This document shows positions 26,598 to 35,059 of a DNA stretch of 55,361 nt, in pieces (position 1 is the stretch's first letter; each line of letters starts with the position of its first letter). The translations under genes were made by a program, and so were the position numbers. Below the pieces are notes generated by a model. It saw only the letters and a list, made by a program, of their open reading frames with translations. It did not search any database and was not told the DNA's origin. Location of the stretch: positions 1-55,361 of the forward strand of contig CAZVRG010000001.1 of the NCBI GenBank assembly GCA_964630025.1, read 5' to 3'. Origin of the DNA: an uncultured Candidatus Saccharibacteria bacterium. GTDB lineage: Bacteria; Patescibacteriota; Andersenbacteria; UBA10190; CAIZMI01.

Positions 26598-29480
26598 ATG
26601 CTGACGACACGCCCGCTGCGACGAGAGGCCGCAGAAGTTCCTTCAGAGTCCCGTCGTACTCCTGATACGCGCCGCGCCCTGTTCTTCCTCGCTCTGTGTA
26701 TTGCGGCCGTATTCTTCCCCACGTGGCTTTCCGGCCATCTGTTTTCGCATTTTGACCTCGAGTCGGTAACAATCCCGCTGGAGGATCTTTTCCGGCGGTA
26801 CCAGCTCCAAAGGGAAATCCCGTTATGGGTTCCGGAAATCCAAGCGGGGTATCCTCTCCTCGCCAACGGAGTCGCATCATTTTTCTATCCTCCGCATGTC
26901 TTCCTGCGGGAGTTCCTTCCCGGCGTATGGGTCGCGAATCTCTCTCTGGCGCTGCACCTGTTTCTTGCCGCCGCGGGCATGTGGCTTCTCCTCCGCGCGG
27001 AAGGTCTTCCGTCTATCGCTGCTCTGAGCGGGGCGGTGTTTTTTGCAATAGCGGGATTTTCCATCGGAAGAATCGGTCTCGCCCACCAGATATTCCCGAT
27101 CGCCTGGATCCCGCTCATATGCTTCTTTCTCCGCCGCTGGTGGTCTACGCGTAGCGCAATCTTTCTGCTCTCGCTCACGATAGCGGGAGGCCTGCTTATT
27201 CTTTCCGGCCATGCGCAGTCTGTGCTGTATAGCGCCGGCGCGGTCGTGTTCTACGCGCTCATGCTTGCCGCACACTCCGTGCGCGATCTTCGCAGCGGCC
27301 TCGTACGACTCCTTCCCCTCTTCGCGGTGTTGATGGCCATTGTCCTTCTGACGGCTTTTCACGTGCTCCCCATGCGAGAACTGGCGAGCCAGACAACACG
27401 GGGAGCGCCCCTTACCAAAGAAGAACTCACCGACGTCAGCTATCCTCCAAAGCATCTCCTTACATGGGTATTCCCGTACACCTTTGGTCATGGAAAGGAG
27501 TACATAGGCGGCAAAAATGAATTCGAGCTTGCGTCGTTCTTTGGGGTGACCGGAACGCTTCTGGGACTGATGGGGATGACCTACCGGCGTACGTATCGCT
27601 CGCTTCTCGGAATCGCCGCTCTTATATTACTGGTCACCGGCAGCGTTCTCGCGCTCGGTGCGTATTCTCCGTTGTATCGTTTCCTCGTCGAGCATGAATG
27701 GATTCGGAAAATCGCCAACCCCGCGCGCTTCTTTTTCGCTGTGCATCTCGGATGGTCAATGCTTATCGCATTGACGGTCACGGAACTGTCCAACGCTCCG
27801 TGGCGCAGACACCGCGTTCGCTTCGGGATTGCAGCGATCGGTCTTTTCGCTCTCTTGCTGTGGGCCATCAGTGATCTTCCGCCGGCGGTGCGCGCGGACG
27901 TCCAACACCGGCTCACGCATTCCATACAACAGCCGCTCGGTCCTCTCGCATTTTTCATACTGTTTTCGTCCGTTTTTGTTGTCGGCGGACTGTCGAGACA
28001 CACGCCGCGTATGCTCGCGCGCGCTGTCGTTGTGCTCCTTGCTGTCGAGCTTGCATACGTTGGCGCTTCCTGGAACCCTACGCTTCCCGCACGACTCGCG
28101 TTGACGCCGCCACAGGTTCTTTCCGCGCTCTCAACGCTCCCGCCAACAACGTCCTCTTCCCGCATTCTTAGTCACGACAAATTGTTTACCGGCCCCCGAC
28201 CGGATTACGGGCTGAGCGTCGGACCGGAGCTGACACGCGACCAGGTACTCCGTCAGGAGCTTGTCAGCGCACGGGAGGTCATCACCGGCGTGGAGGTATT
28301 CCTCACCTGGAACGGCGGCGCTGCGCGCCTTGGAGAACTCTTCCTGACGATTCATGATGGTACCCAGCCCGCTCGCATCGCGAAGGCTGATACCACGATG
28401 ATCAGCAGCCACGAAGGGATGTGGGTCTCATTTCCAATCGAGCCGCTGACGGTCCTCACCGGTCAGCGCATCGTTGTGACGCTCGCGTCTTCGCTCCCGC
28501 GCACCGCGCGTCCGCTTCACAGTTATATGTACGCGAACCATGAACGCGATGATGCGCGGCCCGGCGGGTCGCTGGCCGTTTGCCGACAGGATCGGTGCCA
28601 CCCGCTTGAGATACGTGATTCTGTGGCGGGACCGGATCTTGCCATGCGCATGCGATATCAAACGTTTCCAGTGTCTCGCACGCGCGAGTTGCTCCTCCCC
28701 ATGTTTGCGGAGAGCTTTGGCATGGAAAGTGTGCGCGGACACCTGCCGTTCGAATTGGTGCGCGTTGCCGCGTACCTGCGGGAGCTTGGCGAGAAAAACG
28801 AGGGGGTGAAGCCGGAAAATAACCGCTTCTTACAAAACCATCGCGATATGCTGGATCGCTTCGGAATCGGTTTTCTTCTCGCCGCCTACGAAGATGCGGA
28901 CATGTTGTTCGGCTTCACGGATGCGACGGAAGCGTTGGCGTTCCCTGTTGAGGAGCGCACAGGACGACTCTATCGGAACACCCGCGCCTACCCCCGTGTC
29001 CACCTTGCCACTCGCGTCTTCCCGGCATCCGGCGAACTCGGAACGAATGTGCAGACCCTTCGGAGAGGTGTACTGGGCCGAACAGAAGTGCTTGCGGAGG
29101 GTGTGCCCTTCGACACCCCGAAAGATTTTGACCCGCGCGCCCGACTGGCGGTACGCACGCTTGCTCCGCGTGAGCTCCGGCTCCGCGTCGAGTCTCCGAG
29201 CGAGGCGTTTCTTGTTGTGCGGGATGTCCTCTTTCCCGGATGGAATGCGTTTGTGGACGGAGTTCCCACACCAATCTACCCAACTGACGTCGTGTTCCGC
29301 GGGGTGACGCTACCTCCGGGCGGGCATGAGGTCGTTCTGACATACCAGCCGCAGCCATGGAAAACAGGCGCACGCGTCAGCGTTCTCACAGCAAGCGGCA
29401 TCGCGGCGGTAAGCGGCGCAGCGATCATCCAGTCGCGGAGACGGCGGCAAAAGGACATCCCTCGCCTAGAAATGCGGTAG
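26598..29480 (+). CDS. YfhO-like GT-C membrane glycosyltransferase (960 aa)
   Basis: It has the first-loop motif IPLWVPEIQAGYPLLANG and many TM helices. The C-terminal motif FPGWNAFVDGVPTPIYPTDVVFRGVTLPPGGHEVVLTYQP plus a terminal TM anchor is typical of the YfhO family. Confidence 0.72.
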   Translation: MLTTRPLRREAAEVPSESRRTPDTRRALFFLALCIAAVFFPTWLSGHLFSHFDLESVTIPLEDLFRRYQLQREIPLWVPEIQAGYPLLANGVASFFYPPHVFLREFLPGVWVANLSLALHLFLAAAGMWLLLRAEGLPSIAALSGAVFFAIAGFSIGRIGLAHQIFPIAWIPLICFFLRRWWSTRSAIFLLSLTIAGGLLILSGHAQSVLYSAGAVVFYALMLAAHSVRDLRSGLVRLLPLFAVLMAIVLLTAFHVLPMRELASQTTRGAPLTKEELTDVSYPPKHLLTWVFPYTFGHGKEYIGGKNEFELASFFGVTGTLLGLMGMTYRRTYRSLLGIAALILLVTGSVLALGAYSPLYRFLVEHEWIRKIANPARFFFAVHLGWSMLIALTVTELSNAPWRRHRVRFGIAAIGLFALLLWAISDLPPAVRADVQHRLTHSIQQPLGPLAFFILFSSVFVVGGLSRHTPRMLARAVVVLLAVELAYVGASWNPTLPARLALTPPQVLSALSTLPPTTSSSRILSHDKLFTGPRPDYGLSVGPELTRDQVLRQELVSAREVITGVEVFLTWNGGAARLGELFLTIHDGTQPARIAKADTTMISSHEGMWVSFPIEPLTVLTGQRIVVTLASSLPRTARPLHSYMYANHERDDARPGGSLAVCRQDRCHPLEIRDSVAGPDLAMRMRYQTFPVSRTRELLLPMFAESFGMESVRGHLPFELVRVAAYLRELGEKNEGVKPENNRFLQNHRDMLDRFGIGFLLAAYEDADMLFGFTDATEALAFPVEERTGRLYRNTRAYPRVHLATRVFPASGELGTNVQTLRRGVLGRTEVLAEGVPFDTPKDFDPRARLAVRTLAPRELRLRVESPSEAFLVVRDVLFPGWNAFVDGVPTPIYPTDVVFRGVTLPPGGHEVVLTYQPQPWKTGARVSVLTASGIAAVSGAAIIQSRRRRQKDIPRLEMR

Positions 29481-29482
29481 CA

Positions 29483-31837
29483 ATGGACTTCCCGACGCTT
29501 GACGCTCGCCTTCGACGTTTGCTCTCCGTCTGTGTTGTCGTGGGCGGCCTTCTTGCAGCGCTTTTCGTTCTTTTCGCGCCGTCGCTTCCACGGTGGGGAG
29601 AGCGCCATACGCCCCATCTACAGCCGCGGCCACTAATCCTTTCGTCGGGTCGTACGGTGGCACAAACTGTCCGGTGGGAAGGCACGCCGCTTGATACCGT
29701 CGTCTTCTGGCTCGACACCGCCACGCCGCGACCCAACGAGGGCGCACTGCACCTGACCATCGAAACCGACAACGGCGTGACGGAACATACGCTCGCGTTT
29801 GCGGACATCCCGCCAAGCGGCACTGCCGTCTTTTCCCTCCCGGAACCCCTGCGGGTACGCCAAGGCACGTACGGAACGCTCCGTCTGCGCGCGCCGGATA
29901 TCGAACGGGTCGCACTCGCTTGGCAGATTGACTCAACGAGGTATGCGGCGGGAGAACTCACACGACCGAACGGTGTTACACAGGGCGATCTTGCGTTCCA
30001 ATTACGGTATCAACGTCCCGCACTCGGCGACATGCCCCGCCAGGCCGCTGCCGTGGTCATGTTGGCAGTGGCGGGAATATTCGTCGGCGTTCTCCTTCGC
30101 CGCCCGTCATCTGTGCTGTTCGGCAGTACGGGAGTGTCACGACGCGATGTCTGGATCATCGGCGCGATCGCATTGGCGGTGTTCGGGTGGTATGCGGTGC
30201 ATCTTCTCCGCCCCGGCATATGGGTCGGGCCCACGGACTTCTCGAAAGATGCGGCGTATCTCGCCACGGCGGCATCCGCGGTACAAAACGGCGCGTGGCC
30301 TGTCTGGTCGCACCTGACGTGCGGCGGCATGGCCGCGCTTGGAAATCCGGAAGGAAATACCATCAGTCTCGGGACACTCTTCGCAACACTCCTACCGCCG
30401 GATCGCGCGCTTCTGCTCCTACTTGCTGGAGAGGCGATGCTGTCCGCAGTCGGCACATTTCTTCTCGCACGCGCGCTCGGCGTTTCTCTGATTGGGAGCG
30501 TGATAGCGACATTGATTGCAAGTCTGTCCGGGGCATTCGCATATCGCATTACCGAAGGATTCACACAAGTGGGTGGTGCGGTCGCGTTCGCGCCGTGGGT
30601 GCTCCTTGGCGTCGTGCAGGCGCTCAAGACGCGTTCCGTGTGGTGGGTGCTGCTCTCCGGAACCGCGCTCGCTGCGGTATTTTTGCGCGGCGACGTACAC
30701 GTGATCGTTGGGCTCGTCATGCTGGTTGCACTCTGGCTTCTTCTCTCGTGTGTTCAGACGCGGTCCCGATGGCCGCTTATTATTCTTGCGGGCATCGGCG
30801 CAGTCGCATTCCTGTGGGGATCAATAAAGCTCCTTCCCTACCTTGAACAGCCCGCGCTCATTGGGGGAGAACTCCATCCCTACGTCACCCCGCTCGCCCA
30901 ATTCGGACTTCTCGACGATGCGTTGCTGCGCGTGCATGATCACTCATTCACTGTCAGGCCACTCCACGGCCAATACCCGGAACGGTGGGGAAATTTCGGC
31001 GCATATGTCGGCATCCTTCCAATTGTCCTCGCGGGAATCGGCATCTTCACGCGACGCCGTCATCGCGTTCTCCTGTTGCTTCTTACGATCGCCGCATTCG
31101 CTCTCAGTGAGGGCGCGCTGTTCGAATATGTGCTGCGCCACAATGATCTCGCCAGCGTTCTTCTGCGTGTGCCATCGCGCCTCTTGAGCCTCTTCGTGAT
31201 GTTTCTTGGCATTTTTGCAGGTATCGGATTCGATCGTATGCGCCGGGATTTTCCTCGTGTGTCAGGACGTTTTCTGGGCGCACTCGTGCTTGCCGTTCTT
31301 CTTTTTGATCTTGGACTGGCGACACGCGGCATCTTTACGAGAAGTACGGAATGGAGCACCGCGCCGCTGCCGGCAGTAATGGAAGCGCCCGTATTGATCC
31401 CGCATGCGAATATTTCTCCAAATGACGAGCGACATCCCACCACGATGCTCCGAGCGGGATTTTCCCTGCCGCGCATGTGTGGTGACCAAAATAATCCGCC
31501 GGCGTTTATCCGCGACCTGCGCGAACCTCGCCCGCTCGCAAGCATTCCTTCGCGCATCGCGCCAAATCGCGTTGTGCTGGCGATGCCCGCCGGACCGTCG
31601 GACCAAACGGTATACGAGCGCTTCACAACGTCGTGGACACCACCGGAACATGTGATGCTGCTCGAATCGCCGGAAGGCGCACTCCATGTGGTGGACCGAT
31701 CTGCTGATCAGGGAGAACGCACGCTTCGCGTGGTAAGTCCCACTGCGCGCGCGCAGCAGATCTTGTTTGTTCTCCTTCTTGCAACACTCGGTGTTCTTGC
31801 TCTAGCGTTCGTCTATCCTCGACTCCGACACCGATGA
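29483..31837 (+). CDS. YfhO-like GT-C membrane glycosyltransferase with an N-terminal extracytoplasmic module
   Basis: The ATG at 29483 lies 2 nt after the upstream stop. The 126 nt upstream extension in the track overlaps the previous gene. It has an anchor helix (LLSVCVVVGGLLAALFVLFA), the first-loop motif WPVWSHLTCGGMAALGNPE, many TM helices and a terminal anchor. Confidence 0.65.
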   Translation: MDFPTLDARLRRLLSVCVVVGGLLAALFVLFAPSLPRWGERHTPHLQPRPLILSSGRTVAQTVRWEGTPLDTVVFWLDTATPRPNEGALHLTIETDNGVTEHTLAFADIPPSGTAVFSLPEPLRVRQGTYGTLRLRAPDIERVALAWQIDSTRYAAGELTRPNGVTQGDLAFQLRYQRPALGDMPRQAAAVVMLAVAGIFVGVLLRRPSSVLFGSTGVSRRDVWIIGAIALAVFGWYAVHLLRPGIWVGPTDFSKDAAYLATAASAVQNGAWPVWSHLTCGGMAALGNPEGNTISLGTLFATLLPPDRALLLLLAGEAMLSAVGTFLLARALGVSLIGSVIATLIASLSGAFAYRITEGFTQVGGAVAFAPWVLLGVVQALKTRSVWWVLLSGTALAAVFLRGDVHVIVGLVMLVALWLLLSCVQTRSRWPLIILAGIGAVAFLWGSIKLLPYLEQPALIGGELHPYVTPLAQFGLLDDALLRVHDHSFTVRPLHGQYPERWGNFGAYVGILPIVLAGIGIFTRRRHRVLLLLLTIAAFALSEGALFEYVLRHNDLASVLLRVPSRLLSLFVMFLGIFAGIGFDRMRRDFPRVSGRFLGALVLAVLLFDLGLATRGIFTRSTEWSTAPLPAVMEAPVLIPHANISPNDERHPTTMLRAGFSLPRMCGDQNNPPAFIRDLREPRPLASIPSRIAPNRVVLAMPAGPSDQTVYERFTTSWTPPEHVMLLESPEGALHVVDRSADQGERTLRVVSPTARAQQILFVLLLATLGVLALAFVYPRLRHR

Positions 31838-31862
31838 TCATGATTCACCACATCATTCGCAT

Positions 31863-32864
31863 ATGAACTCGGAAACGCCCCCTTTCAACAATTCGTCGTC
31901 TTCTTCAGGAACACGCTCCGCAACGATCGCGCGTTTGAGCGGCTGGGCAGAGCGCCGCGGACAGCTGAAGGGCATCGCCCTTATCGCCATCACGCTCGTC
32001 GTATTCTGGATTCTTTTCCGCCGTATTGATGTGGGGGTAGTGTTGGAAACACTCTCGGTTGTTCCTGCCTGGGCTTGGTTTGTCTCTCTCCTGTTCACGT
32101 TGTCGTTCCCCATCCTCTCGGCACTGCGCTGGCACTACACGCTACGCATGATCGGCCATCATATTCCATTCATGCGTTGTCTAAAAATCATTCTGGGGAC
32201 GTCACCCATCAGTGCGATTTCTCCATCGAAAGCCGGAGATTTTCTTCGCGCGGTAAGCCTCCGTGGAGAAGTCAGTGTTCTCGAAGTCGGAGGAACGGTG
32301 CTCGCGGAGCGTGCGCTGGATGTCCTCGTGCTCGCCGGACTCGCGTTCCTCGGCGGTGTGCTGATCGGACATACGCTCATTACCCGTTTCGCGGCAGCGA
32401 TTATTGCCATTGGGGTTGTCGGCCTACTGGTGCTTCCTCTCCTCGTTGCGTCTATCCCGAAACCCGCGGTACGTGAAAAACTCGAACGGCTCATTCGCGT
32501 TCTGCGCATGCTTCGCCAACAGCCCGGCATCGCGCTGGCCGTCGTATTCTTCACCATCTTGAATTGGCTGGCATCCATCATACAAACGCATGTTCTTCTT
32601 CTCGCGGTAGGAGCGCATCCGCCCTTTTGGCTTACGGTCGCAACGCTGCCGATCGCCATTTTCGTCGGTCTTCTTCCCGTCACGCTGGGCGGCATGGGAA
32701 CACGGGACGCGGCGCTCGTGACACTGCTGAGTTCAGCGGCAACCGCGCCACAGGCTCTCGCCGTCGGCTTGCTCTATTCGTTCTTCGGCTACTGGCTCCT
32801 CGCGATTCTCGGCCTCCCGTTTATGAGCAGCGCACTTTTCAGAAATCATAGCCAACGTTCTTAA
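31863..32864 (+). CDS. flippase-like membrane protein (lysylphosphatidylglycerol-synthase TM-region / UPF0104 family)
   Basis: 333 aa with about 8 TM helices. The motif region is ILSALRWHYTLRMIG ... ISPSKAGDFLRA ... LLPVTLGGMGTRDAA. This family commonly accompanies GT2 enzymes. Confidence 0.65.
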   Translation: MNSETPPFNNSSSSSGTRSATIARLSGWAERRGQLKGIALIAITLVVFWILFRRIDVGVVLETLSVVPAWAWFVSLLFTLSFPILSALRWHYTLRMIGHHIPFMRCLKIILGTSPISAISPSKAGDFLRAVSLRGEVSVLEVGGTVLAERALDVLVLAGLAFLGGVLIGHTLITRFAAAIIAIGVVGLLVLPLLVASIPKPAVREKLERLIRVLRMLRQQPGIALAVVFFTILNWLASIIQTHVLLLAVGAHPPFWLTVATLPIAIFVGLLPVTLGGMGTRDAALVTLLSSAATAPQALAVGLLYSFFGYWLLAILGLPFMSSALFRNHSQRS

Positions 32865-32914
32865 GCGATCTGGACCGTTGGGCCGCACCCTACTCGAAGG
32901 CTCTTCGGCTTGTA

Positions 32915-33103
32915 CTACGCTTCTTCTTTATCCGCGCTTTCTACCTGGTCTTTTAACTTCTTTATTTCTTCTCTGTTCTCGCTGAGTTTTTTTATCTCCT
33001 CTCTTACTAGTTTTTCCGACACACTCAACGGCTCACCCACCTGAGGGGGTTTAATGTGCCTGTCGTCTCTCTTTTCCAGCTGCGCTGAGGAGATTTTATA
33101 CAT
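32915..33103 (-). CDS. small charged coiled-coil protein (hypothetical)
   Basis: 62 aa and K/E-rich (REEIKKLSENREEIKKLKDQVE). Its start is 4 nt downstream of the protease stop. It shares the low-GC composition of that gene. Confidence 0.4.
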   Translation of the reverse strand: MYKISSAQLEKRDDRHIKPPQVGEPLSVSEKLVREEIKKLSENREEIKKLKDQVESADKEEA

Positions 33104-33107
33104 GAAA

Positions 33108-34028
33108 TCAAATAAATTTAATCAACTTCCCCCGGTCCGGGCCAATGTGCTGCTTAAACTCTTTCCAGAGATCGTCCCAATAGTCTAGTTTCTCGGCATC
33201 ATCAACTATAAAGTACCAGTCGTCCCGCAATTCATCTCTCCTTATCGCAAACGCGTGGTCTGGGTAGAGCCAGACAAAGCGTCTGATTATGATTTCCGAA
33301 ACTCTCCGACGAAGCCTTTCTTTGGATATGTATCGCAACATGTACTTATTTAGGAACTCCGTTCCATAAGTCTCTGCAATTGCCAGGAGTCTTTTTGCTT
33401 GATTATAAATTTTGACGTCCTCCTGACAGAGCATGGGTGAGATCAATTTCGAGATAGATTCACTTGCTACCATCAAACTTCTTTGGATCGGTAATCCGAA
33501 GTCCGCGTGTATTTCGTTGGCTAGGGCCTTTTGTCTCTCAATCGCAATGTCGATCATCCCGTCAATTGACTTCACTATATCTAGAGCGGATATCCTAGCT
33601 GTTTCATCGCCTGGATGTGTCATAGGTTTATCAAGAGGACCTACTTCAGAGATGGGACCCATAATTAATTTGTTTGCGCCGAAGCACATCAATGTTCCCG
33701 AACTCTTGGCTTCTTGGGGAATCGCTATTGTTATTTCTTCGTACTTCGTTCTTAAGATATCCATGATTTTCACGGCGGAGTAGATATTGCCACCACTTGT
33801 ATCGAGCAGTATTAGGAGTTTCTTTAGCGAGTTTTTCATTTCGCGCAGAAGCTCGTAAACAGTTATCTCGTCTTCTGGTTGTATACTCTGTAAGAAGATT
33901 CCGTCTTTATCCTTTGGGTAGAGCATTAAAAGCACATCGCTTTCTTTAAGCAACTTCTGGATAGGGAGTACTTTTTCCTCTGGTTGAACCGGAGTTGTAT
34001 CTGATTTTTTCTCCTGTATCTCTTCCAT
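33108..34028 (-). CDS. Clp-fold serine protease, SDH (serine dehydrogenase proteinase) family-like, with a helical C-terminal domain
   Basis: 306 aa. LLILLDTSGGNIYSAVKIMDILR ... IPQEAKSSGTLMCFGANKLIMGPISEVGPLDKP follows the ClpP/SppA/SDH pattern (TxGG ... A-x-S-x-G-T ... LGP-D-P). G+C is 42 per 100 nt (33301-33400) against 55-59 in the flanks. Confidence 0.65.
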   Translation of the reverse strand: MEEIQEKKSDTTPVQPEEKVLPIQKLLKESDVLLMLYPKDKDGIFLQSIQPEDEITVYELLREMKNSLKKLLILLDTSGGNIYSAVKIMDILRTKYEEITIAIPQEAKSSGTLMCFGANKLIMGPISEVGPLDKPMTHPGDETARISALDIVKSIDGMIDIAIERQKALANEIHADFGLPIQRSLMVASESISKLISPMLCQEDVKIYNQAKRLLAIAETYGTEFLNKYMLRYISKERLRRRVSEIIIRRFVWLYPDHAFAIRRDELRDDWYFIVDDAEKLDYWDDLWKEFKQHIGPDRGKLIKFI

Positions 34029-34034
34029 ATGACT

Positions 34035-34071
34035 TTCCTTTTGAAGTATACGCTTCCCATGCAGAACTCAA
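34035..34071 (-). promoter_or_regulatory. possible sigma70-like promoter and Shine-Dalgarno site in front of the protease gene
   Basis: On the minus strand: TTGAGT (34071-34066), a 15 nt spacer, then TATACT (34050-34045), then AAGGAA (34040-35) 6 nt before the ATG at 34028. The spacer is shorter than optimal and the call rests on the sequence pattern only. Confidence 0.3.
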
Positions 34072-34122
34072 ATGAGAGCGTCAATAGGCTCGGGGCACTT
34101 GCCGAAAATAGTCGCCGTAGTT

Positions 34123-34980
34123 TTACTTCTCGAAGCGTGCAAACTTCACGCTGCGGAAACTGACGCGACGGAATCCTGTGTTCTCGGCGATCCGACGCAT
34201 CGCCGTTTCGCTGTAAATGCTCACGTGCGCTTCGGGTTCCCGGAGGTAGAACCACGATCCCCCGTCGTTCTGATAATCGGGATCTTCCAAGCGCCGCGTT
34301 TGCACAAGAAGCACGCCGCCGGGCCGCAGCAGATCGGAAAGTGCCTGAAAGGTCTCGATGACATTCGTGATGTGCTCATGCGTTTCGATGGAAAAAATGC
34401 CGTCAAACGTTCCGGCGGGGAGCCCCGACTCGAGAAGCGGGATACGGAGAATATGCGGGCTTTCCGTGGGACTGAATGGGTCCAGACCAATCGCATCAAA
34501 ACCTTCTTTTCGAAGTTCCGATACGATTGTTCCGTGCCCGCATCCGAAGTCCATCAGGCGATGAAACTGCCGCCGCGCTCTCGCGTGCGACCACTGGCGA
34601 TACAAGAAAATCTTGCTCAATGCTTCATGTGCCTGGCGAGACCCCCACGCGATCGGCGACGACATGAGCTCGAGCATTTCCCACCCCTTCGCGCGCATAT
34701 CGACAGGATCACCTTCGGGCCACCGGTGTTCCCGAATTTCCTCATTGACAGAGGTGTGTAATGTCGGAGAATGCGCATGATCTTCCCAATAAAAATTCTG
34801 AAGAAAGTCGCATGCACCGCAATGCCAATAGATAATCCCCTGATTTTTGTGCCGCGGGGTCACCGGACCCGCACAGATTTTACAGTGTCGCGTCGTGTCT
34901 CTTTGTGCTGCACTCGCGTCAGAGACGACAGCGTGTTCCCGAACAAAGGACGGTTCGTGCATCGGACGAGTATACTGCAT
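34123..34980 (-). CDS. class I SAM-dependent methyltransferase with an N-terminal zinc ribbon
   Basis: Motifs: CKICAG ... HCGACDF (Cys4), LMDFGCGHGT (motif I), FDGIFSIETHEHI, LRPGGVLLV. The ATG is at 34980, and an upstream GTG at 35004 is also possible. Confidence 0.75.
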   Translation of the reverse strand: MQYTRPMHEPSFVREHAVVSDASAAQRDTTRHCKICAGPVTPRHKNQGIIYWHCGACDFLQNFYWEDHAHSPTLHTSVNEEIREHRWPEGDPVDMRAKGWEMLELMSSPIAWGSRQAHEALSKIFLYRQWSHARARRQFHRLMDFGCGHGTIVSELRKEGFDAIGLDPFSPTESPHILRIPLLESGLPAGTFDGIFSIETHEHITNVIETFQALSDLLRPGGVLLVQTRRLEDPDYQNDGGSWFYLREPEAHVSIYSETAMRRIAENTGFRRVSFRSVKFARFEK

Positions 34981-35059
34981 CGTTCGGACGTTGTCTTGGG
35001 GCACCGTACCAAGACCTCGCCGCGCGGAACCCCAATCGCACTTGTGCTAGCGTAGGGAT

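Noticed and set aside
32885-34122. Possible target-site duplication flanking the low-GC islet (CTCGAAG near 32892 and near 34117)
   Set aside because: Only 7 nt are shared, and the right copy lies next to the stop of the methyltransferase gene. This is too short to distinguish from chance, and no integrase, transposase or tRNA is adjacent.
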